Assembly (NCBI GenBank): GCA_016432345.1
Contig: CP066685.1
Coordinates: 1 to 46,235, forward strand
Reading direction: 5' to 3'
DNA: 46,235 bases
From: Candidatus Levyibacteriota bacterium
GTDB lineage: Bacteria; Patescibacteriota; Microgenomatia; Levybacterales; UBA12049
The position numbers and the translations under genes were made by a program. Under the pieces are notes generated by a model. The model did no database searches and was not told the DNA's origin. It worked only from the letters and a program-made list of their open reading frames with translations. Positions 37,570 through 45,266 of this stretch are shown piece by piece (positions within the stretch are counted from its first letter, which is position 1; each line of letters starts with the position of its first letter).

Positions 37570-38583
37570 TTAACTAAACAAAGCTTTACGCAGTTCTTCT
37601 CGGGCATCAATGCTTGTTGCTTCAATTGGCCCAATAATTTCGCCAGTCATGGTGAGTTCTAGGGCGTCAAATTTTTGCTTTCCGCTTGGATCATCAAATT
37701 CAATGGTATATACGCCGTTTAAAAGAGGAGTAGCCGAGGCAAATTGGCCGAGCTGATTTGTTTTAAACGCCCTAACAGGATTGTTGTCTTTGTCTTTTAC
37801 TTCAACTAGAATATTCGACAAAATATTGCCCCTGGCATTTTTAACAATTCCAATTAATACATTAGGCGAATCAGAAACAGGCAGTCCCACCGCATTTGTT
37901 AGGCTTTTTGCCGGCACTTTTTTAACAATAGCTTGCGTAACTTGTATTGGCGGAGCAGGCAGAGGTTCTGTTTTAACAGATGGTTGTTGGATTTGCGGCG
38001 GCGCAGTTTTTTGCTGCGCAAGCATTTGCTTAAGCGCAAGAAGCTCTTTTTCGATACGTTCTTTTTCCAAGCGGGTAGTTTGCAATTCTTGTAGAATAGA
38101 CTGATAGTTTGTTTGTTCTTTTTGTGGCTGCTGCTGGATAATTTGTTGGGTAGGCTGAGAGATAACATCGGCTTTTTTTGATTCTTCCGGCTGTTTTTTA
38201 GAAATTTGAAGAACAGGAGGTTTTGGTGTTGAGTTTGCTGGGGACGCAGTTGTTGCAATGGGTTTTAGCATGGCTTTTGTTTGTAATTGTGGAGAGTTAG
38301 ATAGCTGATATATATATTGGTTTGGAGTAAACAGCGCTTTAATAAAGTTAATAATCATAACATCCATTGGTCGTCCCTCAATTGGTAAAAAAGCTAAACC
38401 AAAGCCGAAAAAACCAAAAATAAAAGAAATCGGCAACTTAATAATTCCAGGCATGGGAGAAATATATACAACCCAGGCCATAACAACCCCGCTAATTAAA
38501 TAGGAAAATTGCTTAACAGTCATGTTGCCAATCAGTTTAAACTGAAAGCCGGTAACATCTTGTGGAATAGGATGATTTTCCAT
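37570..38583 (-). CDS. prgI: PrgI-family (VirB3-like) membrane protein with a C-terminal carboxypeptidase-regulatory-like domain
   Basis: 'HPIPQDVTGFQFKLIGNMTVKQF', two TM segments, 'GRP'; C-terminal 'KTNQLGQFASATPLLNGVY'. Confidence 0.85.
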   Translation of the reverse strand: MENHPIPQDVTGFQFKLIGNMTVKQFSYLISGVVMAWVVYISPMPGIIKLPISFIFGFFGFGLAFLPIEGRPMDVMIINFIKALFTPNQYIYQLSNSPQLQTKAMLKPIATTASPANSTPKPPVLQISKKQPEESKKADVISQPTQQIIQQQPQKEQTNYQSILQELQTTRLEKERIEKELLALKQMLAQQKTAPPQIQQPSVKTEPLPAPPIQVTQAIVKKVPAKSLTNAVGLPVSDSPNVLIGIVKNARGNILSNILVEVKDKDNNPVRAFKTNQLGQFASATPLLNGVYTIEFDDPSGKQKFDALELTMTGEIIGPIEATSIDAREELRKALFS

Positions 38584-38589
38584 ATACTT

Positions 38590-38624
38590 AAGCGTATAGC
38601 GTAAAGAAAATAGCGTATAGTTAG
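38590..38624 (+). repeat. TAGCGTA-type heptad array downstream of the four-helix-bundle gene
   Basis: aagcgta|tagcgta|aagaaaa|tagcgta|tagttag. Confidence 0.85.
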
Positions 38625-38626
38625 AA

Positions 38627-39004
38627 CTAAATGCTAGACGTTGTTACCTCCTTTCTTTTATAAACCATAACATATAGCATTTTTATAGCTTCATTTAATA
38701 ATGACTCAGCGTTTTTAAATTTTTCTTCAACTGTAAAATGAAGCTTTTTGGAGATAATTAATTGTGTTTCGAGTTCTAATGCTGATCCATATGCTATTGC
38801 GTAGAACTGTAGATATTCCTTGTGCGATCTCCTTCTGTATCCTTCTGCAATGTTTGATGGGATAGATATAGAAGATCTCCGAATTTGAGAAATGATTCCA
38901 TATATTTCCTCTTTTGGAAAAAGAGCAGTTAGTTGATATATGCACTTAACTAATTCAATAGATTTTTGCCAAACGATTAAATCTTTGTATGATGTTATTT
39001 TCAT
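38627..39004 (-). CDS. Four-helix-bundle protein (23S rRNA IVP / Avd-like family)
   Basis: 'SYKDLIVWQKS', 'FPKEEIYG..SQIRRS..SIPSNIAEG', 'AYGSALELETQL'. Confidence 0.93.
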   Translation of the reverse strand: MKITSYKDLIVWQKSIELVKCIYQLTALFPKEEIYGIISQIRRSSISIPSNIAEGYRRRSHKEYLQFYAIAYGSALELETQLIISKKLHFTVEEKFKNAESLLNEAIKMLYVMVYKRKEVTTSSI

Positions 39005-39011
39005 AATCTCA

Positions 39012-39088
39012 ATTAACTAAATACTATACGTTATGGACTATACGCTTGTAATAAAAACTATACGCTAAACGCTATTCTCTATACCCTA
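39012..39088 (-). repeat. TAGCGTA-type heptad array upstream of the four-helix-bundle gene (inverted relative to the downstream array)
   Basis: Minus strand: tagggta|tagagaa|tagcgtt|tagcgta|tagtttt|tattaca|agcgta|tagtcca|taacgta|tagtatt|tagttaa. Confidence 0.85.
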
Positions 39089-39140
39089 TGTTTATATAAT
39101 GTGAAAAATCTGATTTCAAGATTATCAAAGTAGGTCAAAA

Positions 39141-39170
39141 GGGGTACAAAATTGGGAATTTTTGTGAAAA
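39141..39170 (+). repeat. 30-bp direct repeat, left copy
   Basis: ggggtacaaaattgggaatttttgtgaaaa; 29/30 identical to 39893-39922. Confidence 0.95.
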
Positions 39171-39177
39171 GTCGATA

Positions 39178-39215
39178 TTGACAGAACAACAGCTTTGTTA
39201 TAATATAGTTATAAC
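39178..39215 (+). promoter_or_regulatory. Promoter and palindromic operator of the AbrB-Doc module
   Basis: TTGACA 39178-83, TATAAT 39199-204 (15-nt spacer, suboptimal); palindrome GTTATAA-tatag-TTATAAC 39197-39215. Confidence 0.65.
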
Positions 39216-39245
39216 CAAAATAACAAGGAGGGGGGGGTGATAGTT

Positions 39246-39494
39246 ATGTTACAAAAAATAATTCAAGTTGGTAATTCGTATGCTATAACTATACCGCGAA
39301 GATTTGCAGACGAGATAGGAATAAAACCAGGACAAAAAGTTAGAATAGATGAAGATTTTGATACCGAAACATTTACAGTGCAGCCAGTAAAATCTCAAGC
39401 AGCAAAAGGTTATCTTACGCCGGAATTCTTAAAATGGCTCAAAGGATTTAACGCGCGATATAAAGATGCGTTAAAAGAGTTAGCAAAAAAATGA
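39246..39494 (+). CDS. AbrB/MazE-type antitoxin
   Basis: 'IIQVGNSYAITIPRRFADEIGIKPGQKV'. ATG at 39246 or GTG at 39237. Confidence 0.88.
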   Translation: MLQKIIQVGNSYAITIPRRFADEIGIKPGQKVRIDEDFDTETFTVQPVKSQAAKGYLTPEFLKWLKGFNARYKDALKELAKK

Positions 39495-39886
39495 AAGGGA
39501 TTACTTATATCACTTTAGATGTTGTTTTAGCCATTCATGATGATATGGTAGAACGATATGGAGGGAGCCATGGCATAAAAGATTTAGGGTTGATTCAGTC
39601 AGCGCTTGCTCGACCACAGGCGTCATTTGGTGGAGAAGATCTTTATCCAACAATTCTTGATAAGGCTGCCGCTCTTTTTCATTCACTTATTTTCAATCAT
39701 GCTTTTACAGATGGAAACAAGCGTACGTCTATCACGACTACCGCTCGATTTCTTTACATAAATGGATATGAATTCAAAGTAGATAAAAAGGAGCTTATCG
39801 ATTTTCCGCTTCGTGTTGAGAATAAACATTTAACTATCGTAGAAATTGCCAAATGGCTTAAAACCCACGCCAGAAAAAAAAGGTAG
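39491..39886 (+). CDS. doc: Doc/Fic-family toxin
   Basis: Fic motif HAFTDGNKRT; 'GIKDLGLIQSALARP'. Confidence 0.93.
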   Translation: MKGITYITLDVVLAIHDDMVERYGGSHGIKDLGLIQSALARPQASFGGEDLYPTILDKAAALFHSLIFNHAFTDGNKRTSITTTARFLYINGYEFKVDKKELIDFPLRVENKHLTIVEIAKWLKTHARKKR

Positions 39887-39892
39887 TAAAAC

Positions 39893-39922
39893 GGGGTACA
39901 AAATTGGGAATTTTTGCGAAAA
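39893..39922 (+). repeat. 30-bp direct repeat, right copy
   Basis: ggggtacaaaattgggaatttttgcgaaaa. Confidence 0.95.
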
Positions 39923-39924
39923 TC

Positions 39925-41139
39925 CTATTTATATATTGCGTCAACATTTCCAATAGCAGAAATACCAAGCATAAAAAGCATTATTAAAAGACCCCCGCTG
40001 CCACCTTTCTTTCTTAGCGCATTAACACTCTCGGCAATTTTTCTCCTGTCTTCTTCAGACATTGACTCTGTGCCCGGAATTGCGGCAATTACAGATTCAA
40101 CATTGCCGCTTCTCACAGCCCTGATAAGCGTTTTTGCTGTTTCTAGGTCTCCAGCGCCTTGTTTTGTTTGTTCCATAAACTTTTGGAGCGGACCATCTTT
40201 TGCCAGCGCTTGCGCTGCGTATGATAATATTTTTGCTTGGGTTTCCGCCTGCGCTAATGCGTCAGTTGTCTCTTTGGTTGGATTTCTTTTAACTGCTTCT
40301 TTTGCTTGCTCTACCATTTCGTTTGCGGTTTGTTGGATAGTTTCTCCACTTACTCCTGCTTTGCTGAATGCTTCAACGACAGTTTCGAAATTAAGAAGAT
40401 TTCCTTGTTCGGCCGCACGGGTTATTACTTCCATAAAGGCTGTTTGTTGTTCTATGTCTTGAGGAGCAATAGATTTGTGAAGTTCTAAAAGATCGTTTAT
40501 GGTGAGCATGCCATTACTTTCTGCTCCTTTTATAATGACTGCGTCCATTGCTGCGCTTTCCGCAGTTCCTAAAGCAGGTATGGCATGGTCTGGGTCTTTG
40601 AGAATGTTAATTTGCATTTCCAAAACTGCTCTTTCGGGGGAATCTTTTGGAAACTGACTTAAAATAGCATCTGCTTCCGATAGTAGTTGAGCATCAAAAA
40701 CAGCAGATCTAGCAACGGTTTGTACATCATCCACCCCTTCAACACGACACGTAAAAGTTTCGTCGTCAGCGCTTTCGATATAGAGCAGTTTTCTTTGTTC
40801 GCCGTTTATTGTTAGCATTGCTGGATTGCCGTCGGTAAAATCAATGCCGTTTGGATCATTATTTGTTTTGTGATTTCCCGATGCTATGCTTCTGATAGCG
40901 TCTAAATTTTTAATTTGGTTTCTTGCGCGGATTGTTTCTGGGGTTTGCTGACTATTTCCAGTGTCAGCAGCCAATTCGTTTGCTTTTCTTCTTATGGTTG
41001 CATTGGTAACTTGTCGTAGTTCTGTTTGCTGCACGTCTTGTCTGGTTTTTTCTGGCATAGGGTTTGATTCTGGCGCTGCTTCTGGCGATGGCACAGACGG
41101 AGGTGGTTCTGGAGGTCTTATTTCTGTTGCTTCTGGCAT
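39925..41139 (-). CDS. Hypothetical acidic protein with a Pro/Glu-rich N-terminus and a C-terminal hydrophobic anchor
   Basis: 404-aa ORF with a good upstream promoter; no family recognised. Confidence 0.7.
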   Translation of the reverse strand: MPEATEIRPPEPPPSVPSPEAAPESNPMPEKTRQDVQQTELRQVTNATIRRKANELAADTGNSQQTPETIRARNQIKNLDAIRSIASGNHKTNNDPNGIDFTDGNPAMLTINGEQRKLLYIESADDETFTCRVEGVDDVQTVARSAVFDAQLLSEADAILSQFPKDSPERAVLEMQINILKDPDHAIPALGTAESAAMDAVIIKGAESNGMLTINDLLELHKSIAPQDIEQQTAFMEVITRAAEQGNLLNFETVVEAFSKAGVSGETIQQTANEMVEQAKEAVKRNPTKETTDALAQAETQAKILSYAAQALAKDGPLQKFMEQTKQGAGDLETAKTLIRAVRSGNVESVIAAIPGTESMSEEDRRKIAESVNALRKKGGSGGLLIMLFMLGISAIGNVDAIYK

Positions 41140-41145
41140 AATACG

Positions 41146-41173
41146 ATCATAGCACTTGATATTTATTTGTCAA
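41146..41173 (-). promoter_or_regulatory. Sigma70 promoter for 39925..41139
   Basis: Minus strand TTGACA (41173-68), 16-nt spacer, TATGAT (41151-46), then 6 nt to ATG. Confidence 0.75.
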
Positions 41174-41192
41174 TCAATTACTATTTTTCTAT

Positions 41193-44100
41193 ATGGCCGA
41201 TCTTAATGTTGCGCCGGAGCATTTGGTTCCTGCGGAAGGAGCGGTAAAACCCGCAGGTGCTACGGCGGTTGCGCCGGAGTCATCAAAAGGACGGGAATTT
41301 CTAAAAAGTGAATTTGTCAAGGAATTCAGCACAGGAACAACCTTAAATAAAGGAAAAGTCGAAGTGCCTGGAAAAATAGAAGGAAAAAGTGTATATATTA
41401 GTCCCGAAACAGAAGCAAAATACACAAACTTTTTAATGGATTATCTTCCTCATGTATATACTGCCTTACAGAGAAATCCGTCTTTGCGGGATAATCCGCT
41501 TTTTCAGTTGGATATTCCTCTTGTCGAAGCGCTAACAACAGACGGTAAAGCAGACCTGAAAAAAATAGATGAATTTTTTGATGACGCAAAAGGATGGATA
41601 CTTGCCACAGAAGTAATCACCCGTTTTGCCAGTCAGGCAAAAAGAGTTTCTGGGCTCGTATCAGAAATCAGTCCACAGGGAAGAAGAACTGCGACAACAG
41701 AAGGTTTGAGGGTGCGTATGGGAGACGCGAGATTCTTAAACAAACTTTGGCGCGATAGAATTGTTCCTGGTTTTATGAAGATTAGGGCAAATCCTGTTTT
41801 ACAGGTATTTGCAGGGTATAACATTAGTGGGGTATTGGGTATTGGAGCCGCAGCAGGATTTGGTGCGCCTCCTGAAGTAGTTATTGGAGGCGCAGCGGCT
41901 ATTGCCGGCGCAGAAGGGTTGGGTATGGTTGGCGCAGGAGCTGTAAGGTCTTTTAAAAACAGCGGTACAGAAATTGTGCTTAGCACAAACATTGGTGTTT
42001 TTAACAATATAAAAAATAATCCTGCGGAAAAAGCATATGTGCAGGCGCTTTTAGGTGTTGACATAGATCATTTAGAAGAGGATCCTGCAATGCCTGGAAG
42101 GCTTCGACAGATTCCAGAAATGACACCTGTAACCAACCGCGATGCAGACGATATACGCGATGAGGCATTAAGATTAATTTATGCCAGGAGAGATTTTTTT
42201 AAGGATATTGGCATCTCGGCAAAACGCGCAGATACACTTCCGGAAGAAACAATATGGAGAAATACTGTTGTAACAGAAGGGTTTGAACGGGTTGCCACAG
42301 TATGGGAAGAGGAAATGATAAAAGCATTTAAACCAGATAGTGGTGGAGTTTTGGATAAATGGAAAAGAAACGAAGAAGACCCTGATTTTTGCAGAGACAC
42401 AACTATTATTGGATCATCGCCGGATTATGTCAATAATCTTGATACAGCGGGAAACATAGAGAGATTTAACCGAGCTCGTCAGGAAGTTATGATGCGAATA
42501 ACCATGGAGCACGTAGGACAAACACTTAATGGACAGGCTATTAATCGTACAAAAACAGCATTGAAGGGGAAAATTAAAGCCATAGAAGATGGAGGAGACA
42601 AAGAAAAAAGAAAGGCAGAACTAACCAAGCAAAAAGCAGAACTGCAAAGAGAAAAAGATAGACTTACCCCGCAACAGTCTAAAATAGACGCATACAAAGA
42701 AAAAGCAGCAGTTGTTAATACTGGAGATCGGGATTTTAAAAGAGAGTTTCGTTCGGATGTCGCAGCTGGCCGGGATATAGAAGGGACGATAACAAGAATT
42801 GATGGAGAAATAGATGCGTATGAAATAACAATCCGTGATCGAAAAGACAATAATGATGCAAATATTAATGCGGCAATTACAGTAGAAATAGGGAAGTTGC
42901 CCCCCGTTGCCTTAACAGGTAATCCTAAAGAAGATCAGCCAATGCAACGAAGAAGGGAAGAACGAGAAACTAGCATTGGTAGAGAGATACGAAAGAATTA
43001 CGAGGAGCAAACAACACTTTTAACAGCGCAGCTTAATAGTAGACAGACGCAGGTAGAGAGGCTTCTTACTCTGCAACAACAGGATCAGGAATACAGACAG
43101 AATGTGAGAGCAAATGATGACGAGCTGTTAGCGGATGCAAAAGAAGATTTGGGCATAATGGAAGCAGCATACAAAGCATACAGTAAGTTTACTGCTGCGC
43201 CACCGGCAGGATGGAATATTTCTGAAGTAATACTTTTAAGTCAAAATCCCCAGGAATTAATGGTAACGCTCAATGGTTTTTACGCAAAAGACCTTGCTGC
43301 TGGAGTTGCGGCGGTTAACCGCCGAGGATGGCCAGTAGATCAAAACAATGTCGCGTCAAATAGAGAACGGGTAATTTTCGCCATTGCCGAAATAAAAGCT
43401 CGGAGGTTGGAAGCAGAAGATCCACAAACAAGCGTCCGCGGTCCTGACTACACACAGGTGACAGGATGGACAATTACAGAGGATCAGTTACGGATATTAT
43501 CAGAAAACGCATTGAATAGTCTTATCAATGATCGTTGGGCGGCAACAGGTGGAACAGAGGGTTGGCAGCCTGCAGATAATACTGATCCTGCCAATATAAC
43601 ACGACTCAGAAACGCAGTTGCTGAATCAAGAAACAGGCTTTTGGTTAGATACATTGCTGTTGTTGCCGAAAAGACAGCTGATTTCGATGCGCAAATAAAA
43701 GCGCTCGATGAGGCTTCTTTAGAAATAGATGCTGAAACAACAGAAGAACAGCTTAAGCCTTTTAGATTAACAGCTGCATTGTTAGACCGTCAAGCAGAAG
43801 TATTTACCAAATCTTCCGAGATAAAAACAGAAACAGCTAAATATATAGATTTGGCAAGAATAGGCGCCGCCGATACAACATATTCTCAAGCGGAAAGAGG
43901 GGCAAACCAGCCAAAAGGGTATTACGAAATTATGGATGTACTTTTTGATTTTCAAAAAAGGGAGAGCGGAGATCGAGGAGCATACTTTCAAGAGATTAGC
44001 AATTTTATCCCACCGCAAAAATTAGCAGAATTATTAAATTATGCTTTTGATCTTGGTCTTGTTTCTGGCGGTCCGGCTGCCGCGCGCGTTAATATTAACA

Positions 44101-44216
44101 ATGCCCTTAATCAATTGCGTGCTGGAATTGACAGTAATGACATTTCGTATTCCGGACTTTACGCTGGTTTTAGAAATATAATAAACAGATTGGGAGAAGA
44201 AGCAATAGCGGCATAA
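41193..44216 (+). CDS. Large hypothetical protein (Gly/Ala-rich hydrophobic hairpin, coiled coil, internal repeat)
   Basis: 1007-aa uninterrupted ORF; no family recognised. Confidence 0.75.
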   Translation: MADLNVAPEHLVPAEGAVKPAGATAVAPESSKGREFLKSEFVKEFSTGTTLNKGKVEVPGKIEGKSVYISPETEAKYTNFLMDYLPHVYTALQRNPSLRDNPLFQLDIPLVEALTTDGKADLKKIDEFFDDAKGWILATEVITRFASQAKRVSGLVSEISPQGRRTATTEGLRVRMGDARFLNKLWRDRIVPGFMKIRANPVLQVFAGYNISGVLGIGAAAGFGAPPEVVIGGAAAIAGAEGLGMVGAGAVRSFKNSGTEIVLSTNIGVFNNIKNNPAEKAYVQALLGVDIDHLEEDPAMPGRLRQIPEMTPVTNRDADDIRDEALRLIYARRDFFKDIGISAKRADTLPEETIWRNTVVTEGFERVATVWEEEMIKAFKPDSGGVLDKWKRNEEDPDFCRDTTIIGSSPDYVNNLDTAGNIERFNRARQEVMMRITMEHVGQTLNGQAINRTKTALKGKIKAIEDGGDKEKRKAELTKQKAELQREKDRLTPQQSKIDAYKEKAAVVNTGDRDFKREFRSDVAAGRDIEGTITRIDGEIDAYEITIRDRKDNNDANINAAITVEIGKLPPVALTGNPKEDQPMQRRREERETSIGREIRKNYEEQTTLLTAQLNSRQTQVERLLTLQQQDQEYRQNVRANDDELLADAKEDLGIMEAAYKAYSKFTAAPPAGWNISEVILLSQNPQELMVTLNGFYAKDLAAGVAAVNRRGWPVDQNNVASNRERVIFAIAEIKARRLEAEDPQTSVRGPDYTQVTGWTITEDQLRILSENALNSLINDRWAATGGTEGWQPADNTDPANITRLRNAVAESRNRLLVRYIAVVAEKTADFDAQIKALDEASLEIDAETTEEQLKPFRLTAALLDRQAEVFTKSSEIKTETAKYIDLARIGAADTTYSQAERGANQPKGYYEIMDVLFDFQKRESGDRGAYFQEISNFIPPQKLAELLNYAFDLGLVSGGPAAARVNINNALNQLRAGIDSNDISYSGLYAGFRNIINRLGEEAIAA

Positions 44217-44219
44217 AAT

Positions 44220-44579
44220 ATGAAAATTACAACAAAAAGTATTATTAAAGCGCTTCCCTTTGAAGAGCAATTTAGATTAGATTTAATAAATAAGCTTGAT
44301 TCTTTATCTGCTGATCAAAAATTTACCATCGAGCAGATTCTTTGGGATGCGTACTTTTCTTTGTATGATCTTAAGATGGATACAAATCTTAAACTGGCTT
44401 TGGAGCGTGCCAAAAACAACGAAGAGACACTAGATAAAGATTTCTATAAACGTGTGGAAGCGCAAACAGAGAAAGAGATGGAAAATCAGGCAGTTGAAGC
44501 AACGGAGAGGGTAGATTTGACTGCGGCGCGAAAGGCCATGGAGCTGATTGTTAAAGAAATTCAAGAAAGTAAAAAATAA
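44220..44579 (+). CDS. Hypothetical helical protein
   Basis: 119 aa; 3-nt gap from the upstream gene and 11-nt gap to the next (operonic). Confidence 0.7.
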   Translation: MKITTKSIIKALPFEEQFRLDLINKLDSLSADQKFTIEQILWDAYFSLYDLKMDTNLKLALERAKNNEETLDKDFYKRVEAQTEKEMENQAVEATERVDLTAARKAMELIVKEIQESKK

Positions 44580-44590
44580 AAACTAAGTGA

Positions 44591-45250
44591 ATGGGGTTTC
44601 TGATACTGTTATTTGCTGAAATTATTGTTCTTTTTTTCCTCTCTCGCATAGTTGCCCGATTGTTATTGCAGATGTTCTCTATTCGTCTGATCGCGCTTGT
44701 TTTTCTTCCCGGCATTGTAGTTCACGAATTGGCGCATTTGCTTGTTGCAAATTTACTTTTGGTAAAAACAGGCCACATCGAATTTGTGCCGCAAATTAAC
44801 AAGCATGGTGTAAAACTTGGCAGTGTTGAAATTATTAAAACCGATCCAATAAGAAGAATGATGATTGGTTTTGCGCCAGTTTTTGTTGGTATAGCAATGC
44901 TTTTTAGCATTCTTTACGCAATTATCCAAAAAGATGTGATTGCCAAAAACATTACTTCCCAGCCACTACAAGTAGTTTTTTATATTATGGCTTTTTATTT
45001 TCTTTTTGTAATTAGCAATACCATGTTTTCCAGTTCTAAAGATATGGAAGGAACAGCAGAAGTTTTACTGGTTGTTTTAGGAATTGCGGTGGCGTTATAT
45101 GCGGTTGGTGTTCGTGTTGATTATTCTTTGCTGCAGGGCATTCTGGTGAGTCAGGAAGGCATCCTGCAAAAGGCAGTCATGCTTTTATCTTTTCCTATTG
45201 TTATAGACCTGGGAGTGTGGGGAATAACAAAAGTAGTGAGTAGCAAGTAG
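44591..45250 (+). CDS. M50-like membrane zinc metalloprotease
   Basis: 'LPGIVVHELAH' in a TM context, 'MIGFAP', multiple TM segments. Confidence 0.8.
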   Translation: MGFLILLFAEIIVLFFLSRIVARLLLQMFSIRLIALVFLPGIVVHELAHLLVANLLLVKTGHIEFVPQINKHGVKLGSVEIIKTDPIRRMMIGFAPVFVGIAMLFSILYAIIQKDVIAKNITSQPLQVVFYIMAFYFLFVISNTMFSSSKDMEGTAEVLLVVLGIAVALYAVGVRVDYSLLQGILVSQEGILQKAVMLLSFPIVIDLGVWGITKVVSSK

Positions 45251-45261
45251 TATGTATTATG
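45234..45261 (+). repeat. Four-heptad TAG unit providing the M50 gene stop codon
   Basis: tagtgag|tagcaag|tagtatg|tattatg. Confidence 0.85.
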
Positions 45262-45266
45262 CAAAA

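Noticed and set aside
38627-39004. Possible diversity-generating retroelement (Avd-like protein)
   Set aside because: No reverse transcriptase and no TR/VR pair differing at adenines is visible in the window.
39141-39170. 30-bp repeat as a dif/Xer site
   Set aside because: It does not resemble the XerC/XerD consensus (no TTATGTTAAAT-like arm) and lies near the origin rather than the terminus.
9248-45261. Repeat arrays as CRISPR
   Set aside because: Units are 7 nt and contiguous, with no unique spacers and no cas genes.
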